A stretch of DNA of 64,000 bases from Lama guanicoe. Its lineage: Eukaryota. The DNA lies in NCBI GenBank assembly GCA_013239625.1, contig MU053304.1, positions 1,426,001 to 1,490,000 of the forward strand, written 5' to 3'. Shown here piece after piece: positions 48,870 to 61,786 of this stretch. Both the position numbers and the translations under genes were made by a program. Numbering within the stretch: position 1 is the stretch's first letter; the number at the start of each line of letters is the position of its first letter. A model generated the notes under the pieces. That model was not told the origin of the DNA and made no database searches. It saw nothing but the letters and a program-made list of their open reading frames with translations.

Positions 48870-49612
48870 TTTAAAATTATATGTTCATAAAAAACATATA
48901 AAATCTATCATCATAATCCTTTTTAAGTGTACAGTTTAGTAGTGTTAAGTACATTCACATTGTGGTGAAATAGATCTCCAGAACTTTTTAATCTGAAAAA
49001 AAAGAGTTCATCTGAAAACTCTATACCTGTTAAACAGCTCTCATTTTCCCCCTCCCCTCAGCCCCTGGCAACCACCATTCTACTTTGTGCCTCTATGAAT
49101 TTGACTACTTTATATACCTACTTCCTATAAGTGGAATCAGACAGCATTTGTCTTTTTGTGACTGGTTTATTTCACTTAGCATAATATCCTCAAGGTTCAT
49201 TCATATTATAACATGTGACAGAATTTCTTTCCTTTTGAGGGCTGCATGATATTTCATTCTATACCACATTTTGCTTATCCACCCATCAGTGGACTTTTGC
49301 GTTGTTTCTGCTTCTCAGCTTATTGTGAATAGTGCTGCCACAAACATGGAAATATCTTTTCTAGACTCTGCTTTCAACTTCTCTGGATTTATACCCAAAA
49401 GTGAGGTTGCTGGATCACATGATAGTTCTATTTTTAATTTTTTAAGGAACTTTCATACTGTTTTCTACAGCAGTTGTACCATTTTACAATCTCATCAAGA
49501 GTGCACAAGGGTACCAGTTTCTCCACATCCTTGCCAGCACTTATTTTCTGTTATTTTTGTAGTAGCCATCCAAATGGGCATGAGGCGTTATTTCATTGCT
49601 GCTTTGATACAC
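48870..49612 (-). mobile_element. L1 3' end (L1M-type)
   Basis: Typical blocks CAGCCCCTGGCAACCACCATTCTACTT and TTTGTGACTGGTTTATTTCACTTAGCATAAT. Confidence 0.85.
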
Positions 49613-52600
49613 GTTTTATCTAGTCATTCTTAAGTAATAAAAGCCCTTTGATCATTTTCAGCTCCAAAGAACAAGCTCATTTTATAAGTGTGATAGGCAG
49701 AATAACACCCTTTCCCCTGCAAAGATGCCCTAATCATTGGAACCTGTGGGTGTTTTGCTACATTGCAAGGGTGAGTTAAAGTTGCAGATGGAATTCAGGT
49801 TTCTACAGCTCCTCCAACCCCCAGTTGCCTGTGACTTTTCCAGAGTTAGAAGAGTTGGAGGCTGGGAGGAGATATAAGGGGCAGGAGACACCATCCTTAT
49901 CGAAGGCAGATGTAGTCTGATGTTTGCATCTTCTGAGTGGGGCAGATTCCCAGTGGTGATTCTTTCTCTTCTGTAGTACTTTGTGGGATCCTCAGTCAAA
50001 TGTATCCCTTCTAAGCCCTTAGGCAATCCTTGTCCCTGGTCAGCCGCTTCTCACCCCATCCTCATCCTCTGCAGCCAGTGGTAACCTCCAGTCTCTTTCT
50101 GATGAGAGCCCCTCCCCTTAGGAATGAAGCCTTTTGGGACAGGTCTTTTCCAACAATCCCAAGGCCAGATCCTTCCCACAAGTCTCCTTGGCTCACAAGA
50201 ATGCTCTGCATCTTCTCCCCACCCCCACCAGTGGTAGACGTGCAGTTTTCTCTCCATTGGAGAGATCTGTCTTTGCTTCGCCACAGGCAGGCAATTTTAG
50301 TCACAGTCTTTGACCTTCTCAGAGAGGAAAGATAAAAGCTTAAAATTCATTAATGTGACTGATTTTACAGTCTTGAACTTCTTCTAAAAAAATGGCCTGG
50401 GTTCATTCAACATTTTCTTTTGATGGATATTATAAACTAATTTTCTATTCCTATTTTTTAAAATTTTGCCCAAGTTCATTCATATTTATCTAATACGTGT
50501 TTATATAGCTATATATAAGCCAGAAATAGTTTCATGCAGTGATAATACAGTTGCAGTTACAGTAAATGAAACGCTCAAAAGAACTCAGGAATTTTGAGAT
50601 AATGCACATTTTTTTCCGTAAGTAATTTTTTTAGAGCTATTTGAACATTTCCCCCAAACTCCTACACTTTCTGACATCAGGTTCAATATCATCACATCAT
50701 ATCTATAGAGGAAAATAACACTTTACAAGAACTCTCAGCTAATTGCGAGTAACTTTAGCCACCACTTCCTCCTTCTCCTTTCTTTCTGTATCTTGCTCAA
50801 GGTTAAGTTTCTCAAAGACTTTTCACATCGTGAGAAAGATTATTGCTGATGTCACTGATGACATAAACTATCATTCTTAATGCCAATTTAAACAACATTC
50901 CAACCCAAGTCCAGGATATCAAAACCAAAATTATCTTACAAATGAGAAATTCTCAATAATTTCTCCTTTGTAGATTATCTCTTGGGGGAAACACAGAAAC
51001 TGATAACAGTTGTTCACTCTTAGAAGAGAACTGGGGGCCTCAAAAAATGGGGAGGAGGAGGACTTACTTCTCACCAAATACCACTATGAGTCTTTTGAAT
51101 TTCACACTATATATTCCTAATTTGAAAAATTTAATTTTAAAAGTAATAATTTGCATTTGAAAGTATGTAGCTACCATTCTAACATTCAGTTAATGGTACA
51201 AGTAGCAGTTAACTTTTGGTATCAGAAAACAGAATTTTTAAAGGTTAAGGATAAATTGAATTGTGTGTGTATTAGATCTAGGACTTGAAATCAAGTTAAG
51301 CTTGGTCAATTTTTCTCCTACTTTCTGCTCTCAGATTGCTTAATATTTCAATGAACAAAGAGACAGCTTGGTTTTTGTGGGAGGAGGTTTGTAGAAAGTC
51401 ATGTCTAGCTGGCTGACTGATGTGTCTCTTTCATCAATGCTGGCCCAGGGATGGGTTAAAGAAATGGGTTAAAAAGAGACTCTTTCCCACAAGCCAGGCA
51501 TCCACACCCAAAGCGAAGTGGAGAACCAAGGTCCCAATTTCCCAAGCAATTGGTCCAGCTCCCAACAGTGAAGAAACGATCACCCTGGGGCCACGTCATG
51601 TATATGACAAATCTTAAAGGGAAGGTCCTGACCTCCTGAGCTCCTGTATGGCCTTTCTAAGCCTCAGCTTTTCTCGTTTGTAAATCAGGAATAATAATAA
51701 CCTACATTATAAAGTGGTTGAGAGGACTTGACATGGTGCTTATAAAACGGCTTGCATAGCATCAGGAGCATAAGAGTTGCTCAATACATGGCATCATTTG
51801 TCCTTGTTGTTGTTACTAGTAAATATAACTAAACATCATAATGGTGGAGCCCATGGATTGGCTCATTCAATCCTTATTTCACATTCCTTTTGGGTAACTT
51901 CCTGAACTGCCACGTCTGTGAAACGAGGAGCCACATTTCCCAGACTCCTTTGCTCTTGGGGTCTGGGTACCAGTTGAGTTCCACCATTTAGAGGCAATCA
52001 CATGAGATTTGGAAGATGGAGGAGGTGGAGGCCATCTTCCTCTTGCTGTTTCTTTTGCAAACAAAGTTGCAAGGACATGAGTGGCATGAGGCAGGGGGAC
52101 AGGGAAGAAAGAAGCTGCCTGACCTCCAATTCACAGCTGCAGTGTTTGCTCTTGACATCAGTCAGTGGTGTCCCCTGATTTCCATTCCTCTAGCCCTTCC
52201 AGTGACTTCATAAGCATTTAATTCCTGTATTAAATCCTTTCTGTTCAAAATACCTAGAGTGATGATTCCTATTTCTAGAACTGAATCCTGTATGATTCAG
52301 GAATGAGTGTTTTATCTAAGGAAACATTATATGGGAACTTCAGTGAAAGAATTTATTTCATACTACTGTCCCAAACTTACTTAGATTTAAATGATAAGCT
52401 CCCATGTTTAAACCAGTTCAGTGATTTCCTAATTGATGCCATTCTCTTTGAGAGTTGTTGACATAACACAATTAAAGTTTCCTAGGCTCCTGAACAGATA
52501 ACTCTGCTCTATATTTGTCTATCATATTAAAAGACAGAGTATATTTTTATGATGATCATAACCCATTCATTGTCTTTCTTATGTTTTATTTGGTTGAGAG

Positions 52601-53439
52601 GAAAATGGTCCCTGAAATAATTTTGCCTCCCAATATCCATTCTTCCTTCCTTTCTTAATATTAAGAACTCCAATTTTTAACTGGAGACACCAGCCCTGCT
52701 AAAATTTCCTCCCACTGTCCCTTAAAGCTAAGTCATAGTTACATGACTAAATTTTGGCCAATTAGGTGTAAGAGAACGTGTTTTGTAACTTCTAAAAAGT
52801 GTCTTTAGAAGGAAGATTCAGAGGTTCCTTTCCCCTTTCTTCCTTCAGATTGGCTGAAGTGTGAATATGATGGCAGGAGCACTAACAGCCATCTTGGGTC
52901 ATGAGGCAGTACACTAATCATGGCAGAGTAGAAGAGGATGAGCCTGTTGCTTGAAGAGCTGACACATAGGCCTGGATTCTGTATCTCCAAATTTCTTTTA
53001 CATGAGAAAAAAAATCAGTCTGTAACTTCTTAAAGTCACTGTTATTTTGTTACTGATTTGTTATTATATGTAGACAAATCTACCCCTAATTACTATAAGA
53101 ACAGTCAAAACTTTTCTCTCCATATCAACCATGTACTATTTCTCAGTTTCTAAAAACAAGTGCGTTCTCAAAAGCTGACCAACTCCTGAAACACAGTAAG
53201 GCATGCTGCTAAAAATGATAATCTGGGTTTAGAATCAAGGACATAAAATGATTTCACTGAGCCAACTCAGTGTATGCCGCAGCAAAGATTGTAAGCCAGA
53301 TGGACAATTTTGATTTACTCTGTTACTTTCATAACAAAATCAAGGCATCCATTTTAGGTTGAGGAAATGGCCAATCCTCAACCCTAGCTAATGGCCCACT
53401 GGGACTGGAGTTATTGATTTAAAATGGCTGAGTTTTGGT

Positions 53440-54354
53440 TTAAACTGGCCCTCTGCTGGTCACCGTGTGACCACACCACAGTTGATAGCACATCCAATGG
53501 CATAATTTGCTTTGCAACTCTCTATTCCAGAGCCCATAGATCAGAGGGTTAAAACACTGGGCAAATGCAAAGACTCCAAAAAGCACCAGATTTAAAGCAA
53601 AGAAAAATTCCCCACACATCTTTCCCAAACCTATGAATATCAGGGTTGGTATCACATGCAGGGCCAGCTGCAGTAAGTGGATTAGCACTGTCTTCCTCGC
53701 CTTGACGTTTGATCTATTAAAATGGCCAGCCCGCTTCCCTTCTTTGTAAATCAGAGAGTAACTTATAAGAATGATAGACAGAGGAAGGAAAAGGAAAACC
53801 ATGCCGATGGCTCTGGCAGGAACGCCATTCAAGATCACCGGGCAAAGGGGTTCAGATTTTAAAACAGCCACCTGGGTGGGGTTAGTGCCTTCTATAAGGA
53901 ATAAGCAAGCATTCTTTAGTATAATAATTAGCCAAGCCCCAGCCAGAATCTTATACTTGAAAAGATCTACAAAGGACAGAGACTTCAAGGGCCAACAAAT
54001 TGCTAGGCAGGCGTTGACAGCCATCAAGGCCAGGGTGACGAGAATCCCTTCTCCAACACTTAGCTGTGCCCCAAACACCAGCCAGCACATCAGCATGGGG
54101 CTGTTGGCCAGGAGGGCCCGCATCCCTTGGAAAAGCACCCCCAGGCCGCAGTAGGAGGAGATGCACAGCAGATGGTGGCAAAGGAGGAGGTATCGGACCT
54201 TCCTCCTCAGCTTGGAATTCTGCAACACTGTGGCGATAATGATGACAGTGATGAAGGTGGCAAAGGAGAAAGTCACCAGGTATACAGAGGCCTTCACTGT
54301 GGCTTCCAGCCTCAGCCAATCTGATATGTTACAGCGCTCAGAAGACACGTTCAT
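53440..54354 (-). CDS. Orphan 7-TM rhodopsin-class receptor, olfactory-receptor-related (GPR148/Csprs-like), 304 aa
   Basis: Intact ORF with seven hydrophobic segments and N-glycosylation sequons NVS and NIS at the N-terminus. Motifs: RYLLLCH after TM1, MAVNACLAICWPL (degenerate MAxDRYxAICxPL), ISY in TM5, KARKTVLIH in TM6, NPLIYGLWNREL in TM7. A splice acceptor lies 24 nt upstream of the ATG. Confidence 0.9.
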   Translation of the reverse strand: MNVSSERCNISDWLRLEATVKASVYLVTFSFATFITVIIIATVLQNSKLRRKVRYLLLCHHLLCISSYCGLGVLFQGMRALLANSPMLMCWLVFGAQLSVGEGILVTLALMAVNACLAICWPLKSLSFVDLFKYKILAGAWLIIILKNACLFLIEGTNPTQVAVLKSEPLCPVILNGVPARAIGMVFLFLPLSIILISYSLIYKEGKRAGHFNRSNVKARKTVLIHLLQLALHVIPTLIFIGLGKMCGEFFFALNLVLFGVFAFAQCFNPLIYGLWNRELQSKLCHWMCYQLWCGHTVTSRGPV

Positions 54355-54573
54355 GATCTATAGGCAACTTGGCTTTTCCTGCAGGAGAAAAGACCAAGAA
54401 AGAATAAATCTGGGTTACATCTTCTTGTGTGGTTTTCCAACTCTCTGACCTTGTGAATAGTTTCAAGGAACAGATTGCACCTTTTTCGGCACAGAGGATG
54501 ACAACTTTAGTGCTGACAAGGATCAAAGAAACGGGAGACATTATCTGGAGTCTTCATTTCAGGGAAGAGGCAC

Positions 54574-55586
54574 TGTGATATCACGATTGATAATAAATAT
54601 ATATTTGGTCTTCATTCCGTTTCTGGCACAGAGCTCCTAAAACCCTTGTAACTTCCTAAGTGATGAGATCAGCAGATGTCTTCTGTTATGTTAATGCGAT
54701 GACTTTCAGGAAGGCCCTAGGTCACGTAAGGATAGGGACTGTTGCCAGAGGGCCCAACCATGTGATTAGAGGGTTGGAACTTTCAGTCCACCCCTCTCCC
54801 TCAGCCTCCAGGTACCGGGAGAGAGACTAGAGGCTGAATCAATCACCAGTGATCTAATCAACCATGGCTATGTAGTGAAGCCTCCATAAAAGCCACAGTA
54901 CAGGGCTGGGAGAGCTTCCATGCGGGTGAACACGTGGAGATTCAGGGACAGTGGCACGCCATGGGAGGGCATGGACACTTTGTGCCCCCTCCCCATACCT
55001 TGCCCTGTGCCTCTCTTCCATCTGGCCATTTCTGAGTTATATCCTTTTGTAATAAGTTGGCGATCTAGTAAGTAAAGTGTTTCTCTGAGTTCTGTGAGCC
55101 CCTCTGGCAAATTAATTAAACCCAAAGAGGGGTTAGATCAGAAGCACAGGTGGCAACCTGGACTTGCAACTGGTGTCTGAAGTGGTGGTGTGGGGACAGT
55201 TTTGTTGGACTGAGCCCTTAACCTGTGTGATCTGACTCTGTCTCCAGGTATACAGCTATACAGTATCACAACTGGTTAAAAAAAAAAAGAAGTTTCTTCT
55301 GTATAGTACAGGGAACTATATTCAATATCTTGTAATAGCCTTTAACGAAAAAGAATATGAAAATGAATATATGTCCGTGTATGCATAACTGGACATTGTG
55401 CTGTACACCAGAAATTGACACACTGTAACTGACTGTATTTCAATAAAATTAGTAAATTGCTTGCATACAAAAAGGAAAAAAACAGTGGGTTGAATTGTAG
55501 GACACGCATCCAGCTGGTGTTAGAGAATGGCCTTGTTGGGGGTTAGGGGGAACCCCACGTGGGAACTGGAATCAGAATTTTAGACA
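54574..55586 (+). mobile_element. MER21-like ERV solo LTR interrupted by an L1 3' fragment (~55280-55482)
   Basis: TG...CA ends and TGGCACAGAGCTCCTAAAACCCTTG; the internal CTGTATAGTACAGGGAACTATATTCAATATCTTGTAATA block is a cetartiodactyl-type L1 tail. Confidence 0.7.
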
Positions 55587-58500
55587 GAGGCTCAAATCAT
55601 ACAAAAGGAGGATTCAAAAGATGTACCCTCAGTACTCAGCAAATTGCTGAAGAGCAGGTTTAAGTTTTACTGCTTAGGCCTCATTTTCCGTCTTTGATTG
55701 TGAGAGCTTTTTCTCATTTTGGAGCACAAACCGAGACATCGTTAAAGTCAATTGATTGGCCACCAAACACTTGTTAACACTTAAAGCATGCAAAGGTCCG
55801 AGGGAAAAGTGAGGCCCAAAGCTGTGAGGAATGTGAGGAAGTCGCTGGTGCAAATGCTTGAATTCATCTGGGTCCCTAAGACACGAAAGGGAGAGTCACA
55901 GTAATGACGGCAATCGTGGGTGACATTTTCCAAGTACTTCCTAGGGATCAAAAACTGTTACCTGAGCAAATTCCTTGGTAACCCTGGAGTATGTTTTATT
56001 TTCCTCCACGTGGTTTATTATGCACTTTTCACAAATGGGGAACCTGAGACTTCAAGCGGATAAGTAGCCTGCTCAAGACCATGTGGTGGTTACCCACTGG
56101 GGCCAGGGTTTGAATGTGGGAGGACAACTACAGAGCCCACTATCTCAACCACGACGAGGAGGGTTCTGTCCAATGCAGAACCAAATGAATGCATTCTCCC
56201 AGTTCACTGTCATTTGACAGACCAGCTGGCCCCATTTGTAGAAATATTGTTTCTGTTGTTAAGGAGATGGAAGACTTCCTTCCCAGGAAGGTGCTGGGAT
56301 CTCAGGATTGCCAAGGGACAGGAACCACTGAAATGATAAGACGTGTGCAGTAGCCTGACAGACCTCAAGCATGTACAGCAATGAATGACACACTGTGTGG
56401 CAGCCTGGGGAGCCCCCAAACTCCAATATCATTGTTGTCCCTATGAAAGTCTGCTGTAGAGATACCAACTATTGCCTCCCCACTGCACCACACTTAGGGC
56501 GATGGGCCCCACCACAGCCTGGCCAGCTTGCTTCCTCACGAACTATAGCATCACCTCCTCCTCCATCACAGTTGATTGGACTGGCAGTAGACATGTCTCA
56601 GGGAAAATCATTCTGCAGACTGTGCTGAGTGTACCAAATTCTGTCTCTTAAAAATCCAACCCAAGAATTCACACAGAGTCCAAGTGTGATGTCGGGTAAT
56701 TGACCTGCCAGTCATGCTGGAGTGTGGATGAGTGGAAGAGAGAGGGAGGAGAGAAGCAGAAGGAAGAGAGGACCATGAGGTCCCTGAGGGACCACAAAAG
56801 TCCTTGCAGGACAGAGAGCAACCTGGGCTCCTGAGCTTCCGATTCCACCGAGATGCCTTGAATTTTCTGCCCTCGAGTTGTAAAAACATCACACACCCCT
56901 TTACTATTTGAGCTAGCTTAAATGGGTTTCTGTTCCTTTATTCTGGCTCCTACAGATCAAAGTATGTGAAATTGACCCTAAAGAGGCACCATAAATGCTA
57001 CTGATTTCCTAAGAGGCAAATCACAATACAATGATTACAATGATTACAGTGATACAATGATTTCAACTTTCTGAGAATCTAAAATGCCATAGCTCCCTAC
57101 AAAATCCCTTGCTGAAGGCATCATTTGTCCCCCCCGCTCCCCCCCACACGTATTGTGTTGTCACCCTTTGCGGAGAATTTTCCCTGTTCTGGATTTTTGT
57201 GCCATTGTCATGTTGTTGAACTCCAGGCTTTTATTCTCTCTACTCTCCAGCTCTTCAGAGAAAAATAGAAATCATAATTATAGAACTGTAAAATTGTGAA
57301 AATAGAATTGTAATGGTCACCATCATTGTTAAGATTTCTTTCAGCAGCAGATTTTTCCATCAAAATCTTCCACAAGAACCCCCCAATAATAAACAGAAAA
57401 AAACCCACCTGCCTGCGTGAAATGCCTCCTCCTTAATCTCTCACTCACAGAGCTTCCAGCTGTACCTGACCTCAGGGGACCACCATAGAAACCGAGGGCC
57501 CCCGAAAGGCTGCATGAAGGCTCTGGGGAGACAGAACAAACACTCTTCCCTTAGCCTGGGGGAGGCACCCGAACTGGACTTGAAGCCTAGGCCTGCTCCC
57601 AGCGAAGAATACGACTTTGGATACTGAAGTCACTTTGCTTCTCTGGCCCTTGGCTCTTTATATCGCCTCCCTGCGGTGCTGCCAAGCCCCACGTCCCGTC
57701 TCTCCGCATCTACAGAGTCATCCTCATGCACACCCTCGAGGTCCAACCTGAACACGGGCCTGCAGTGTCTGGGATTTCACTTCTTCTTGAAAACAAGACC
57801 GCCCACCTCTGCCCCAGAACGTCTCATCTTACTTCCCATTTCAACAACTTAAACAGAGCCCCTGACTCTCAAGAACAGGGTCTACCTTGTCCTGCCAGAC
57901 CCCCTCCCAGGATCTGGAATCCAGCCCCCGAGCCCCAGGCTTAAGGCAGTCACTGTTGGCAGGAGCCACAGTGATGACAGCGCCGCCATCACTCCTGGGC
58001 TCACGGCTGGCGGGTCTCACACAGCTGATGGTTATCTTCCCCATTATTTGGTCTTGCTCCCCAGCCCCCATTCTGCCCAGAATCCCAGTCATCAGCTGTA
58101 GCATCCCTGCTGGATTCTTCATTCCTGCTTAGCTGGACCTCCCTGCACCTGCCTGCCCCTCCCACTCTCCTTCCCCACGCACACCTGTCTAGCTCATTTG
58201 ACAGCACCTCCCCAATGGCTATGGGCTGGGCTTGACCCAACTGTGTTCTAAGACTCGAAATCCTATACAGAGTATGAGTGACTGTCATTATGTGTCCTTT
58301 GGAATAAAATGTGTAAAGCCATTCCTGAGTTACAGCAGCTGCAGTTATAATAAAGTTTACACCACAACACTCCTCACCACCCCCTCATCTGGAACGATTT
58401 CAGGGAACTATTTATTTTTGAGACCAGGCAAGGACTAGTTTCTTTAGTTTGCTATGATATCTAAGGCACTAATCAACGTGGTACCGCATTTCGTCACTGT

Positions 58501-59829
58501 ACTCAACCGGTCTCCACTGAGCATGAAACATACAAAGCATCGCCCTAAGCAGTGAGGCTGAAAGGTGGTAAAACACAGAGACTGGCACACAGAGGCTCCT
58601 TGTCCAGTGGAAAATGCCAAATACAATGTAACAATAACCAAAAGCATCATGTCTAGTTTTAGTTATTTATCAAATGCATAAGAAAGCTGGGTGTGCTATG
58701 GGAGGGCTGTTCAGAGATAGAAGAGATCACTGTGGCCTAAGGCAGTCAGAGAAAGCTCCCTGGAGGAGGCGAGACCTGAACCAGACCTTCCAAAGAAGGA
58801 AAACAGAGCAAAGAAGGGCAAGAGTGAGGTGGGGAAGGGAGAGAAGAGGTACAGATTCCAGGCAACAGAGAACAGTGGGAGCCAAGGTGGGACCTTGGTG
58901 TTCAGGGGACAATGGGCAGATCGCTATTGGTGGAGTGAAGGCTTGTTTAGAGGACTAAGGATCAACTAAGTCGGGACCAGATGTGGAGTGCCTTGATACC
59001 ATCCGGAGTGTTCAAATTCATTTTATGGCAATAAAGAGGCTTACATGATTAAACTTAGGAGCAGCACATGCCACAGGTTAAGAACCCATAGGAGATGCCC
59101 CGCCTAGTGGCACAGTGGTATTTGACAGGTGCTTTGCAGAGCAGGCAGCCCCCAAAGGAGAAATTTGCACAATGAAGACAGTACAACCACAGCAAATAGC
59201 TTAGAATACTTTTTGCACACGTGAAATCTCCAGGAGGGTTGCAACTGTGCAATATCAATGAGGGCAAGTGGTGTTGCCTTTAATTTATCTATGAGACCTC
59301 AAGAAGATCAGTAATTTATTCAGGATGGTGCAGCCAGAAAGAATCTCCTGGTTTCCAAATTCATATTCCTTCTCAGAGGTTTATTTGCATATCAACAGCA
59401 CTTGGCAACCAAACCCATATAATAAGCCCTCATCTCTGCATATTACTTTCACTTAATGACAGTTCTTAGATTCCTTTTCTTCTGGAATTCTAAAGTGGGG
59501 AGTAAATGTTTCCTTCTGGCCCAAAATCTTACTTTGGCTTCAGCTTTGAAATAAAATCCTGGAGAGACTATACTTTCAGGGATCATTTCTATAGTTTGAA
59601 ATAAAATCTTGGCGCTAAGAGACTTCAGCAAAGAATTACGTCCACAATTGCCCTGAAAAAATCAGAATCAGCCACCACCACTCCCTGCACAAATCCTGTA
59701 GGAAGCAGAAGGGTAGGAGGGCTGGACTGGGTACAGACAGGATCAGTGAATTCCTGGGGGTCTCATCCTAAGCGCCCTGCTTGGGACAAAGTCCTGAGGG
59801 CAACACGCTGCCCTCAGTGAAGGACTGAA

Positions 59830-60350
59830 TATATGAACAGATTTGGCCAGACCCTTTATAAAAACAGAATTCAGACCCACAACCTGCAGCAAACTGTCCA
59901 GGAAACCAAGCCCTTATCTACAGTGACCGGCCCAGGAAGGCAGCCTGCGGTAAGTCAGACTTGGGGGGCGTCAGACCAGGAAGCCAAACAACCCCTGTAA
60001 CAATCTGTCCAAAACAATCAGGACTTGATTAATAGCCGACAACTTCCCTAATTCTTGTCCCTGCTTCCAACTTAGGACCAACCAAAGTCAAATAGGTACC
60101 CTTAACCGATCACATAGGACACCCCAATTCCTGTTGGCCACCTCCAGCTTCCCCAGGCCCATAGTCCCCCATTAGGGCTCACCTCAAGGCCTCCCTTTTT
60201 CCATCAGAAAGCTTTCCCACTCCTCTGTGTGCTCGTGAGTCTCGCCAAAACGCGGATGATGGTGGCTGACTCCCTGGTTCTAGCAAGAACAGAAGAGATA
60301 GCCTTTGTTTTTCTCCTGTGATTGGTCTTTGTTTATCTCCACATGGGTAA
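59830..60350 (+). mobile_element. ERV1-like solo LTR
   Basis: Repeated CCAGGAAG/AACC blocks and an LTR-like 3' end (TTGGTCTTTGTTTATCTCCACA); family uncertain. Confidence 0.5.
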
Positions 60351-60744
60351 GAAAAGACAGCGCTAGCGGCCATGCATCAGGACATGCCCCGGGAGCCCTT
60401 TCTCCAGGGAGTAATGCATTTGTGGCAGCTCATGCTCCCTCTCCATCCTCTGCCCCTCCCGGCCAGCAGCAGGAGCGCTGCGGGGAGCTTGGGCCGAGTG
60501 AGACAGATTCCCTTCGTGGAGAGGCAGCTGCCACCCTGGCCTCATTGTGAGCTCTGGGTCACTGAGCAGGGGGAACTTCTCACTTTTCTTACCTCTGAGG
60601 GTCCACAAGGCAACCATTCCTCAACAAACAGCACACTTGGGAAGAAAATCAAAGGAGCACTGGATGTAAAAATGTGAGTGACAGGCCTGGAATGGAGCAT
60701 AAGAAAATTATATTTGGTTATGACACAGACAAAATACAATAGCA

Positions 60745-60884
60745 GGGGGAGGGTACAGCTCAAGTGGTAGATAGAGCACATGCTTAGCATCCATGAGGTC
60801 CTGGGTTCAATCCCCAGTACCTCTTCTAAAAATAAATAAATAGACCTGATTACCGCCCCCCCCAAATATTTTTGAATATATATA
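60745..60884 (+). mobile_element. tRNA-derived SINE (Vic-1-like)
   Basis: Same consensus as the other copies; flanking AATAGCAG duplication. Confidence 0.85.
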
Positions 60885-61375
60885 ATAGCAGATAACATGT
60901 GTTGACTGTTCATTGTAAGACAGTGCTAGTGAGGGCTGACTCCTCCATCTGCACAACAAGCCTATGAAGTAGATACTACCATTACTCCCATTTCTCAGTA
61001 AAGAAAACTGAGGGATAAAGGAAGGAAGCAACTCGCAAGAGTTAATCAGCTCATGACAGCGATACTGGAATTTGAACCAGGAAATCCACCTCCCTACACC
61101 ATTCCCTAACCCCCTGGGCCCAGGGCCCCCATTCAAGAAAAGTCAATAGTTAAAAGTTGTTAAAGGCTCCCACACTTCTCAGGGAGTTGCTGGTGAGTGG
61201 TGAAGTCTGGCTTCAAACTCAGTTGTTACGATTTCCAAGATAACACTTTCTTATTGTCATTTGTTGAGTTTGGAAAAAAACTCAATTATATTGCAGCCAT
61301 AGTGATGTACCATATTGACGCATGTGAACTGAATTCTTTTTGAAAAAGAAAAAAGAATAAAAAAGACTGACTAGC

Positions 61376-61786
61376 TGTTATGGTCTGAATGGTGTCCCTC
61401 TGAAATTCAAATGTTGAAGCCTTAACCCCCAGAACCTCAGAATGTGACTGTATTTGGAGATAGGGTCTTTAAAGAGGTAACTAAGTTAAAATGAGGCCAT
61501 TAGGGGGCGCTAATCCAATCTGACTGATGCCCTGTGTCCTTGAAAGAAGAGATTAGGACACAGAGAGAGAGACACTGGAGATGTGTGTGCTTAGAGGAAA
61601 GGTCACGTAAAGAGATGGCAAGAGACCAACCACCTGCGAGGCAAGGAGAGAGGCCTCAGAGGAAACCAGCCCCGCCAACGCCTTGACCTTGGACTTCCAG
61701 CCTCCAAGACTATGAGAAACTAAAATTCTGTTGTTTAAGCCTCCTAGACTGGCATTCTGTCATAGCAGCCGAGCTGGCTGATGCAG
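61376..61786 (+). mobile_element. MaLR solo LTR (MLT1B-like)
   Basis: TGTTATGGTCTGAATGGTGTCCC...GAATGTGACTGTATTTGGAGATAGGGTCTTTAAAGAGG...CTTGGACTTCCAGCCTCCA. Confidence 0.8.

Noticed and set aside
53771..54448. Plus-strand and alternative-frame ORFs overlapping the receptor
   Set aside because: Shadow frames of the 304 aa ORF.
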